DNA of 64,000 nt, from positions 384,001 through 448,000 of the forward strand of contig CAVSBQ010000002.1 in assembly GCA_963726265.1 (NCBI GenBank), written 5' to 3'. A model generated the notes under the pieces. That model did not search any database. It had not been told where the DNA came from and saw nothing but the letters and a program-made list of their open reading frames with translations. Both the position numbers and the translations under genes were made by a program. Position 1 is the stretch's first letter. The number at the start of each line of letters is the position of its first letter. Below, one piece after another: positions 11,101 to 19,318 of this stretch. The DNA is from Candidatus Aenigmatarchaeota archaeon (GTDB taxonomy: Archaea > Aenigmatarchaeota > Aenigmatarchaeia > QMZP01 > QMZT01).

Positions 11101-11439
11101 AATCCCATATCCGTTTTCACGGAGAAAAACGCGGACACCTACGCCATCGGGACCAGGCAGAGGTTCTCCGGCTCCATGGTCCTGCTGGTGTTTTCCAAAG
11201 GCGACTGGAAGGCGGTGAACAATCGAATAGGCTCGGTCGAGAGCGGCGAGTTCTTTGCGTCCTCCGAGCCCAGCTTCGGGTTCGGCCTAGGAAAGGCCTA
11301 CCCACTCAAGGTCGTGCTCTCCTACAGCAACTTGAACATCACCAGAGATCTCGCGCTCTGGAAGGGCTACAACAGGCTCGCCGTCGAGAACGAGGGAGCG
11401 CAGGGTGGCAAGGTCAGCATCAGCGTCACAAGGGGCTGA
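8167..11439 (+). CDS. Large secreted parallel beta-helix (NosD/CASH-like) glycoprotein
   Basis: Signal peptide; repeated GIxLxxSxNN units; GGNYW motif; abundant N-x-S/T sequons. Confidence 0.85.
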   Translation: MLGSGRLLVLFFVAAILILIAGSRNASAAEYTCNSGSDCSSKIQAATSGDTVRLNASLTFATIDFNGADGITFDCDGFSVAGVDVGESINGIGIYLHDGSNNNTIRDCFFNTLQYGLFISGENNTITNATINYTMSGVFLAGDSNYNRLVNVTLVDEDVIIDYGSSYACTDSLVNVTGSGNRPIRYYNASVNLTGEVLSKLILCNASYSNITNITVTGAVTGGIVAYQTKYSNFSAINISASYGYNGNVWVYYSHNNSFTNLALDNNFIGGGGSLHVEYSDDNTFVNVTANYEQGTGVSVSSSQKNTFTGITANYNTYGISLDSSDNNAFVNITANYNDGDGFSVSSSLNNTFDRIIASNNYDGFEISGLSSFNVLNNSRIENSTEYGIILYSYDPDYALYNTFRNNLFNNSANLYSDNDQNQNYWNTTLRAGQRIYAGGNYIGGNYWASLDGTGYSQLCKDADGDGICDSAYAPATNNTDYLPLSDQYMIREITACRLLNETGWTYNLTQDITDSASTACMNVTADNVTLDCGGRRIDGTYTLNTYGVYMKDRKNVTVRNCTITDWWFGVFMNTSLRSNISASNLTGDNTGLRILNSWNNTLNDNFVNSIGTGVYLSNSSFNSISRNTIKNSDAGISFYLSSMNNTLSGNNLESFANYALYIYQSPDNFFRDSNITSTSTNIYHFASGNTVFLNVSLDRTKITVDAGAVYINWYLDVRVVGESGPALDQANVTVKNSGNTTLFSGTTNASGYIIRQNVTEFHQNFTGQFYYNNHTINASKFAYVSGQASVNVTSNRLVTITLIESVPYVQVKTYTLGLTETDTIKPGRIVRIRAIVNYIMGRDYLANATILIRDNQGSTVVDGALMPNVSVITNGYTYEYNYTIANGSAGVWSINVTAADTLGKKGYGSKKIAILPITLRIRLVLNSTSDSIYVPGEVETPFSGLTTSDYASPDHQYIASYSGGPSGSLEALVFSQLNPISVFTEKNADTYAIGTRQRFSGSMVLLVFSKGDWKAVNNRIGSVESGEFFASSEPSFGFGLGKAYPLKVVLSYSNLNITRDLALWKGYNRLAVENEGAQGGKVSISVTRG

Positions 11440-11568
11440 CGGTGGTGATGTTTAGGATGATGGGCGCGGCAAAAGGCAAAATTACATCAAAAAAGTTCAA
11501 TTTCGGTTCAAGTTCAATATAGATTTAAATAAGTTGAGGAGAAATATAATTTATAAGGGGTGGGTGAT

Positions 11569-11787
11569 ATGGCAAAATCCAACAACATGCTTTTAGTTCT
11601 GGCAATAGCGCTTCTCATAGTCTCGCTGTTCGGAACCGTTGCAATACTCAACAGCGTGGGCATGGCGAACGTGCCGGTAACAAAGCCATCAACCATACAG
11701 CAGGGGCAGGTAAAGCTGGAGATAGTGCCCGATGCCGGCGCGGACGCGGCTACCGGGTATGTGACTCTTAACATACTGCCTGAATAA
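11569..11787 (+). CDS. Small membrane-anchored protein (TM plus two short beta strands)
   Basis: SNN+TM N-terminus; QGQVKLEIVP and TGYVTLNILP; TATA and GGTGA RBS upstream. Confidence 0.7.
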   Translation: MAKSNNMLLVLAIALLIVSLFGTVAILNSVGMANVPVTKPSTIQQGQVKLEIVPDAGADAATGYVTLNILPE

Positions 11788-11842
11788 GCAGCAGACGATT
11801 AATGAAAGTTCAGAGGTTATATTCAAATTTAAAGGGGGTAAC

Positions 11843-12519
11843 ATGACACAAGTGTCTAATAACTTGATAGCAGGTTTGCTTGTAGTGGCGATAGTGATAT
11901 CAGGCTTCGGCCTGCTGACAGTCGCCAACATGGGACGACAGGTAGCGATAACAGGCGGCGCGACTACCGGCGTCGGGGCGGCGAACGTCTCGATTACCGG
12001 AGCAGTGTCCATAGATCTGATTGCAGGAAGGACAGCGATAGACTTCGATGCAGGAACGCTGGACGGCGTCACCGAGGACAATAGCCACGACGACCGTCAA
12101 CTACGGCACTTTCGACGACGGCTCGGAGGGCAACGGCACGGACCAGACAGGATGCTCCAACACGGAAGCAACGTGTGCATATCCGCTGGTAGTCAGGAAC
12201 ATAGGCAACGTAAACGTGTCGCTTAACATAACCGCGAGCAAGACTGCGGCCAGCCTTCATCGGAGGCGCAAGCGGCCAATTGCAGGAGTTCCTGGGCAAG
12301 GAAAACGAATCTGCAACGTGCGGCAAAGACTGGACAGTCGGCGGTGGCTTCGGAGAAGGAACCTACACAGCGCTTACCACATCGGAAACGGTTGTTTGCT
12401 CCAGCATGGACTTCATCCCTGCGGCCAACGAGATAAGGATTCACCTCAGGCTCACCATACCAGCCGATGCAGTCGGAACGAAAGCCGAGACCATAACATT
12501 GGGCGCCATAACCGCGTAA
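11843..12519 (+). CDS. Pilin-like secreted protein, split by two apparent +1 frameshifts (~12073, ~12254)
   Basis: ORFs 11843, 12048 and 12280 join into one coherent ~224 aa protein (...DAGTLDGVT/RTIATTT...KTAAS/FIGGASGQLQEF...TITLGAITA). Confidence 0.7.
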
Positions 12520-12535
12520 GCAAACGGTGTTTCAA

Positions 12536-13706
12536 ATGAAAAAAGCAGCTTTGGCAGCCCTTTTCTTATTTTTTAATTTATGTTTTCTCGTTTCTCCTGC
12601 TGCAGCCATATCCATCGCGCCAGCCAAGATAACGATGGACTTCGTCCCGGGCTACGAGGCGGAGTTCGATGGCTTCATAACGAACACACAGGACGTCGAG
12701 GTGGCATTCGACGTCTACACGGACGGCGAGCTCATGGGCTACATGACGCTGCTCACGCCGGGCATCATAACGCTCAGCCCGGGCCAGACGGCGAACTACA
12801 AGTTCAAGATAAAGCTGCCCTCCGCTTTCGAAATACCCGGCCCGCACACGGGCATCATCTGGGCGTCGCAGCACGTGGAGGAGCCGACTGGGGAGGGCAT
12901 TGCCATAAGGCTGAAGGCCGGAACGAAGGTGGTAGTAAACGTCCCGTATCCGGGCAAATACGTTGAAATGAAGCTGGACATAAAGAATGCAAAGGTCAAC
13001 GACACCGTGCTCTTTGAAATAACGGCAACGAACCTGGGGAAAGGAGAACATAACCAGCGCCAAAGGCGAGATAAAGCTGATGGATTCCGTGAACAGGACG
13101 CTCGTCATCTTGCAGACCGCGGCGAAGCCGATAATAAGCACGCAGAGCGAAACGCTGCAGGCGACGTGGTTTTCAGACGCCGAACCAGGCCTGTATCAGG
13201 CCGAGGCATCGGTTTTCTACGACGGCGAAACCGCAAGCAGCAGGACCACGTTCAACCTCGGCGCGCCGCTGGTGAAAATCGTGAACATGTCAGCCGAGCC
13301 TATCGTCAACGGAACCATCGGCAAGATATACACGCAGATACAGAGCTACTGGGGCCAGGAAATAGAGGACGTCTACGTCGAGATTTTCATCAGGGACGAG
13401 ACAGGCAAACAGGTCAGCCAGGACAAGAGCAGCAGCATAAAGGTCAAGCCGTTCGACAAGGTCACCCTTACGAACTACTGGGACACCGGCCAGGGCTTCG
13501 AACCCGGCGACTACACGGGCCTGGCCATCCTCCATTACCTCGACAAGAACGACACCGCGGAAACTGGCCTGATGCTGGCGGCGAAGCCGGGCATGTTCGC
13601 GGGCTACGAAATCGTGATTATAATAATTATAGCGGCATTCGCTGCAGCAGGCGTGCTTTTGCTCAGAAGAAGGGAGGGGAAATTCACCCAGAAAAAGCTC
13701 ATGTAA
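12536..13706 (+). CDS. Paralog of 6362-7591, with one apparent +1 frameshift (~13042)
   Basis: ISIAPAKITMDFVP...VPYPGKY...NLGK/ENITSAKGEIKLMD...YWDT...C-terminal TM; aligns by eye to the 6362 product. Confidence 0.75.
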
Positions 13707-13742
13707 GCAATTTAACTTTTCTCAGCCAATTTCTAATCAACT

Positions 13743-16223
13743 ATGAAAGAGTTATCCAATAACGTGCTCGTCATACTGATATCAGTATTCGTAATAATTA
13801 CCCTGCTGGAGTTTGCGGCCTACCAGATAAAATACGGTGAGATAACGCTAAAAGCGACTGCAGTCGGCTTCGTTGGCATGTGCATCGACAACAACCCGCT
13901 CATCATACCCATCGCCTCGCAGACCGCCTACATAGGCACGCCCTTCGCATACGACGTTAACACGACGGTGGCGAACGACCTCAACGTGACGTTCTATGAC
14001 GACACTCCCCTTTTCACCATAAACTACCAGACGGGCATGATAGCCTTCACGCCCCAGGAAGGCGACGAGAACGACTACTACATAAACATATCAGTGATTT
14101 CCTCGTGCGGAAGGCTCAGCGACGTCAAGAGCATGAGACTCTCCGTGAAGTTCGAGAACAGGGCGCCAATCCTCGACCCTATCCCTGACCAGGCCATGAA
14201 CCAGAATGACCTCTTCACATACGACGTCAACGCGACTGACGCCGACAACGACACGCTGTTCTTCGGCGACAACACGACGATGTTCCAGATAAATTCCAAC
14301 AACGGCCTGATATACTTCGTGCCCCAGCAGGCCGACGTGGGCAACCAGTCCGTCCTCATATGGGTCATGGACGGCAGGGGAGGCATCGACTGGCAGATAG
14401 TGAACTTCGAGATAACGGACGTCAACGACGCGCCGGTGCTCGCCACCATAGGCGCGCAGACGGCGATAATAAACGAGACCTATGTTTATGACGTGAACGC
14501 AACCGACGCCGATGTCAAGCCGGAATGGAACAACCTCAGCTTTTACGACGACGCGGCGTTCTTCAACATAAATCCGTCAACGGGCCTGATACAGTTCTTC
14601 GTCAACGGCTCCTACAACGGGACGTATTCGCTGAACATCACGGTGAGCGACGGCTACCTTTCCGACGAGGAGACAATAAGCTTCTCCGTGATAGCGGTGA
14701 ACCACGCCCCCAACATAACGTCCTGGTATCCAGAGAACGCCACGCTTGAGATAAGCGAGGGCGAAAGCAGCTACTTCAACATAACCAAGTTCGACCTTGA
14801 CGGGACCATACCTTCGACGGCATGGTATCTGGACGGCGTCGTGCTCGCCGGCCAGACCGCGGACGAATATACGTATTACGCGGGCTACACTTCATCCGGG
14901 ACGCACAACCTGACCGTCGTGATAACCGACGGCGAGCTGGATGATGCGCAGGCATGGACAATTAACGTGAGGGACGTACCGCAGATAATTTCGGGAGCGG
15001 CCGGGCCAAGCCAGATCATGCCGCCCGCATGCACGGAGAACTGGAGATGCACGGAATGGGCCGTATGCCCGGTCTACGAAATCCAGACCAGGTCGTGCAG
15101 GGACCTCAGCAGCTGCGGGACCATAAGCTTCAAGCCGGACGAGAGGAGGAAATGCTTCTACACGCCGCAGCCCTCGTGCAGCGACGACGTCATCAACTGC
15201 CACGACGGCGGCTGCGAGATATGGATAGACTGCGGAGGACCATGTCCTCCGTGCGCGACCTGCAGCGACAAGCTCAAGAACTGCCACATGATGTCGAAAC
15301 TGAACACGCTGTGCGAGGAGGGCGTCGACTGCGGAGGGCCGTGCCCGACCTGTCCTGAAGGGCCGCAGCCCGCCGTATGCGGCAATGCCATCTGCGAGCA
15401 GGGCGAGCTGCTGTCCTGCACCCAGGACTGCGGCCTGTTCTTCGGCCAGTTCATAATAGTCGTCATAGCCTTCGGTGGCGCTTCGATATTCCTTTACAGA
15501 TTCTCCGCGCTCGCCGTCCTTTTCTACAGGAAGAAAATAAGGCCGCTGCCATACACGAACATCGAACTCCTCGGAGCGGCGGCGCTCAGGCAGCTGCATC
15601 TCATCCAGCTCGAGATGGGCAGGAAGACGACGAGGGCCATAGTCTCGGAATTATCCTCGGTCATCAGGGACTTCTTCGCGAAGGCGTTCGAGGTCCGCAG
15701 GAAATTCACCTACATAGAGCTGGCCGAGGTCGCGAGGAAGAGGAAACTTGACAAGCCGCTCGTGAAGAGGATAACAGACTTCTCCATAAAGATGACGGAG
15801 CTTGAATACAAATACGCTGAGCCGTCGCTTGCCGAGCTCGCCGCGGCCATAAAGGCTGCGATAGCCATCGTCGAGAGGCTGAGCGGCGTGCGCCTCCACG
15901 AGGCGCTCGGCAAGAAGGCGGAGGAGGAAATACATGCGAAGGAGCCGCAAGAGAAGCCGGTCCAACTGCCCCAGGGTCCGCAGGCAAAGGGAGAAGGCGA
16001 ATATAAAATGACTCAGTCGGACGAGGAGAGCGTAAGGCGTTTGCAGGTGCTTATAGACGAAGGTGAGAAGGCAATCACGAGCCACGCAACGGCGGAAGCT
16101 GAAAAGGCATACGCAAGGATACGGGAGACTTACGACAGGCTCCGCCCCGAGGTAAAAATGAAGCTATACGCCGAAACCATCCGCATAATAAAACTGTATA
16201 ACGAGATAATGAAAAGCGAATAG
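13743..16223 (+). CDS. Cadherin/Ig-repeat membrane protein with Cys-rich region and cytoplasmic helical tail
   Basis: NxAP/YDVNATD repeats, CTENWRCTEW, DCGGPC repeats, second TM, charged C-terminus. Confidence 0.8.
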   Translation: MKELSNNVLVILISVFVIITLLEFAAYQIKYGEITLKATAVGFVGMCIDNNPLIIPIASQTAYIGTPFAYDVNTTVANDLNVTFYDDTPLFTINYQTGMIAFTPQEGDENDYYINISVISSCGRLSDVKSMRLSVKFENRAPILDPIPDQAMNQNDLFTYDVNATDADNDTLFFGDNTTMFQINSNNGLIYFVPQQADVGNQSVLIWVMDGRGGIDWQIVNFEITDVNDAPVLATIGAQTAIINETYVYDVNATDADVKPEWNNLSFYDDAAFFNINPSTGLIQFFVNGSYNGTYSLNITVSDGYLSDEETISFSVIAVNHAPNITSWYPENATLEISEGESSYFNITKFDLDGTIPSTAWYLDGVVLAGQTADEYTYYAGYTSSGTHNLTVVITDGELDDAQAWTINVRDVPQIISGAAGPSQIMPPACTENWRCTEWAVCPVYEIQTRSCRDLSSCGTISFKPDERRKCFYTPQPSCSDDVINCHDGGCEIWIDCGGPCPPCATCSDKLKNCHMMSKLNTLCEEGVDCGGPCPTCPEGPQPAVCGNAICEQGELLSCTQDCGLFFGQFIIVVIAFGGASIFLYRFSALAVLFYRKKIRPLPYTNIELLGAAALRQLHLIQLEMGRKTTRAIVSELSSVIRDFFAKAFEVRRKFTYIELAEVARKRKLDKPLVKRITDFSIKMTELEYKYAEPSLAELAAAIKAAIAIVERLSGVRLHEALGKKAEEEIHAKEPQEKPVQLPQGPQAKGEGEYKMTQSDEESVRRLQVLIDEGEKAITSHATAEAEKAYARIRETYDRLRPEVKMKLYAETIRIIKLYNEIMKSE

Positions 16224-16299
16224 GGGCGCAATGCGCAATACAAAAAAGCGATTTCTCCATGACTGGTTTGGTTTTTACAGGCAGCCTAAATTTATAAAT

Positions 16300-17238
16300 T
16301 TATGGCAGCGTCCTGTATTTCGTGTTCACTAGGCCCCATTCGGCGAACAGGAGGCCTAGCGCCGCAACGAGGCATATGAGCGCGAGGTTGACGGGAAGCT
16401 TTTGCGTGCCGGAAAGCGCTATGCCCTCGTATATCACGGAAAGCTCGCTTTCGTTCCTTGCCTCGTAATAAACTCCCCCGGTTTCGTTCGCTATCCTGGC
16501 CAGCGTCGACGGGTCGAGCTTCGAGACGAATGAGAGGTTCATCTCCGGGAAGCCTCCGCCGGCTTCGGTGCCCATGCCTATCGCGTATATGGCGACGTGA
16601 TTGTCGTTGGCGTATGCTATCGCCTCGTCGATGCTCGGTCCGACGTTGTTCTGCCCGTCCGTCAGGAGGATGATGGCCCTGGGCTTTTCGCTGCCAACTA
16701 GGAGGTTGACGGACGAGATTATGGCGGAGCCTATCGCCGTCCCGCCAGCGAGCTCGACGGATATGTTTTTTATTACGTCCTCCACCCGCGCCTTTTCAGG
16801 GGTCAGCTCCTGCTTTATGAAGCCCACGCCGGCGAAGGATACGACGCCTATCTCAGTCAGCTCCGGGGCGGCGTCGACGAAGGTGAGGGCCGATTTCTTT
16901 GCAGCCTCCAGCCTGCTGGGCTCGAAATCCTTTGCCAGCATGCTGCCGGAGGCATCGAGCGCGAGGACGAAGTTCGTATCGCCTGTTCTGCCTTCATACC
17001 ATAATGTCGCGCCGGAAACCGCGAGTATGAGTAGCAGCAGGGTCACGAGCCGCATGGCAAGAAGGACGTAGTTTTTCGAGAAAATCCTCTCCCCGGTCAC
17101 GTATTCTATGGCCGGGAAGTTGGCGAATTTTAACGCCTTTTTCCTGGTGAACCTAAGGCTCACGAAATGCGCGAGGATCATGAGCGGTATCGCCACCAGG
17201 AACCAGAGATAAAGCGGGTTCGCGAAAGTCATCTCCAT
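16300..17238 (-). CDS. BatA-like VWA domain membrane protein
   Basis: FANPLYLW N-terminus, MIDAS DASGSM, LLTDG, C-terminal TM. Confidence 0.9.
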   Translation of the reverse strand: MEMTFANPLYLWFLVAIPLMILAHFVSLRFTRKKALKFANFPAIEYVTGERIFSKNYVLLAMRLVTLLLLILAVSGATLWYEGRTGDTNFVLALDASGSMLAKDFEPSRLEAAKKSALTFVDAAPELTEIGVVSFAGVGFIKQELTPEKARVEDVIKNISVELAGGTAIGSAIISSVNLLVGSEKPRAIILLTDGQNNVGPSIDEAIAYANDNHVAIYAIGMGTEAGGGFPEMNLSFVSKLDPSTLARIANETGGVYYEARNESELSVIYEGIALSGTQKLPVNLALICLVAALGLLFAEWGLVNTKYRTLP

Positions 17239-18128
17239 GCCCATTTCCTCCTTACCATAAAGAATTCGGTGAGGGGCTTGATAAACGGTTCTGCAGTCGA
17301 TGTTTTCAACAGGTCGAGGTTCCCCTTCATGAATGCGCTGTTTATCGCGGCCTCCTCGTCCGCCACGAACTTTTTGTATTGCTCGCCCATTTTCCTCGGG
17401 CTCGCGAGCAGCATGCTGTCCGAATAAGGGTCCTGCAGGACGATCTGGCCCACGTCTTCCTCGGGCATGACTTCGTCCCTCGGGTCCCTGACCATTACGC
17501 CGATGATGTCGAATTTCATGGAGGCCATCCTGAGGATCTTGTGCCACTCTGGCTTGAAGCCTATGAAATCGGATATGATTACCATGAGGCCGCGCTCCTT
17601 TGACGTCTTCATGACGAATTTCACCGCGTTCTCGAGGTCATAGCCGCCGCCGTAGAAGGCCGGGTTGACCAGCGAGTTGAGCATGATGTAGAAGTGCTTC
17701 TTGCCGCCTGAAGGCGGGATCATCTTGACAATCTTGTCGTTGAACATGACGAGACCGGCTTTGTCATTCGCCTCCAGGATGAAATAGGCGAACGTGGCCG
17801 CGAGCTCCGCGGCGTATTCGAGCTTCAGCTTCTCGGTCGAGCCGAAAATCATGGAAGACGACGTGTCGAGAAGAATGTAAACGTTGAGATTCCTCTCCTC
17901 CCTGAAGATCTTTATCAGCGTGTCGTTCGCACGTATGCTGGCCTTCCAGTCAATCCTGCTGGCGTCGTCGCCGTCCGTGTAGACCCTGTAATCCTCGAAT
18001 TCGAGACCCTTGCCCTTGTAGACGCTCCTGTATTTGCTCGTGACCTTCGTGTTGATGAGCATCTTTATGATAAGCTCGAGCTCCTTCATCAGGGCAACGA
18101 CGTCAACCCTCAGCCTCTTGACGGCCAT
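17229..18128 (-). CDS. DUF58 family protein
   Basis: GLEFEDYRVY..GDD..RIDWKAS, DTSSSM, IISDF. Confidence 0.9.
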   Translation of the reverse strand: MAVKRLRVDVVALMKELELIIKMLINTKVTSKYRSVYKGKGLEFEDYRVYTDGDDASRIDWKASIRANDTLIKIFREERNLNVYILLDTSSSMIFGSTEKLKLEYAAELAATFAYFILEANDKAGLVMFNDKIVKMIPPSGGKKHFYIMLNSLVNPAFYGGGYDLENAVKFVMKTSKERGLMVIISDFIGFKPEWHKILRMASMKFDIIGVMVRDPRDEVMPEEDVGQIVLQDPYSDSMLLASPRKMGEQYKKFVADEEAAINSAFMKGNLDLLKTSTAEPFIKPLTEFFMVRRKWAWR

Positions 18129-18195
18129 AAATTATATTTGTCGCTTCGGCTTAATTAAAAACAGTTTTTCCTTTTCCGTTTTCTGTATAGAAAGC

Positions 18196-19188
18196 TTACG
18201 GGATCGAGACCTTTTCCAGAATCTCCTTCACGATGTCGTCCGTCTTTATCCCCTCGGCCATGCCCTCGTAATTCAGGATTATCCTGTGGCGCATGACCGG
18301 CATGGCGATTTCCTTGACGAAATCAGGTATGACGAAATTCTTGCCGTGGAGAAGCGCGTTGGCCTTGGAAACTATGAAGAGCCCTATCGAAGCCCTCGGA
18401 GAGGAGCCGATTTCTATGTATTTGCCCAGCTTCAGGCCGTATTTTTTCGGCCTCCTGGTCGCGTCGACCAGGCTGACGCAATACTGCTCGACCTTCTGGC
18501 TCATATAAATCTTCTTGGTGTCCTCCTGCATCCTGATTATGTCCTGCGGGCTGATGGCAGCCCTTATCGCGAAGTCGTCGAACTTGTAAAGGTTGATGTT
18601 CTTCCTGAGTATCTTAATCTCCTCTTCGCTCGTCGGGTAGTCCATGTAAAGCTTGAGGAGGAACCTGTCTATCTGGGCCTCGGGCAGCGAATACGTGCCT
18701 GCGGATTCTATGGGGTTCTGGGTCGCCATGACGAAGAACGGGCTCGGCAGCAAGAACGTCTCCTTGCCTATCGTCACCTGCCTCTCGCCCATGGCCTCGA
18801 GGAGGGCGGACTGCGTTTTCGGCGGCGCTCTGTTTATTTCGTCCGCGAGGATGAAATTCGTGAACACCGGGCCCTTGACGACGTAGAAGCCCTTGTCCTT
18901 GTTGTATGCGGTTATGCCCGTGATGTCTGTGGGCAGCAAATCGACCGTGAACTGTATCCTCTTGAAGTCGCAGCCTGTCGCTTTCGCCACCGCGCGGATG
19001 AGAAGGGTCTTGGCTATGCCGGGAACGCCTTCCACGAGCGTGTGGCCGTTGCACAGGAGGCCGAGAAAAAGGCCGCTGACGACGTCATGCTGGCCGACTA
19101 TGAGTTTCGCTATTTCCTTTTTCACGAGGTCCAGCTTTGCCCTGTGGGCTTCTATTGTCCTTTCGTCCACACCCTCGGCTTCGGCCAT
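18196..19188 (-). CDS. moxR: MoxR family AAA+ ATPase
   Basis: GVPGIAKT, RIQFTVDLLPTDITG, LADEINRAPPKTQSALLEAM, ATQNPIE. Confidence 0.95.
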   Translation of the reverse strand: MAEAEGVDERTIEAHRAKLDLVKKEIAKLIVGQHDVVSGLFLGLLCNGHTLVEGVPGIAKTLLIRAVAKATGCDFKRIQFTVDLLPTDITGITAYNKDKGFYVVKGPVFTNFILADEINRAPPKTQSALLEAMGERQVTIGKETFLLPSPFFVMATQNPIESAGTYSLPEAQIDRFLLKLYMDYPTSEEEIKILRKNINLYKFDDFAIRAAISPQDIIRMQEDTKKIYMSQKVEQYCVSLVDATRRPKKYGLKLGKYIEIGSSPRASIGLFIVSKANALLHGKNFVIPDFVKEIAMPVMRHRIILNYEGMAEGIKTDDIVKEILEKVSIP

Positions 19189-19318
19189 AATAAACTATTG
19201 TCCCCGACAATATAAATTTTAACGCAAATCTGGACGCGTTCCTGCGGTGTTTGATTCCATGCTTGATGCCTTTATTTAATCGTTCAGGAACAATTATTAC
19301 ATATATAGGGTTGACTTC

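Noticed and set aside
12060..13050. Programmed ribosomal frameshifting
   Set aside because: No consistent slippery heptamer or stimulatory structure; clustered indels fit sequencing error better
17245..17547. N-terminal extension of the VWA ORF (415 aa)
   Set aside because: Overlaps DUF58 out of frame; the BatA-like start is at 17238 or 17244
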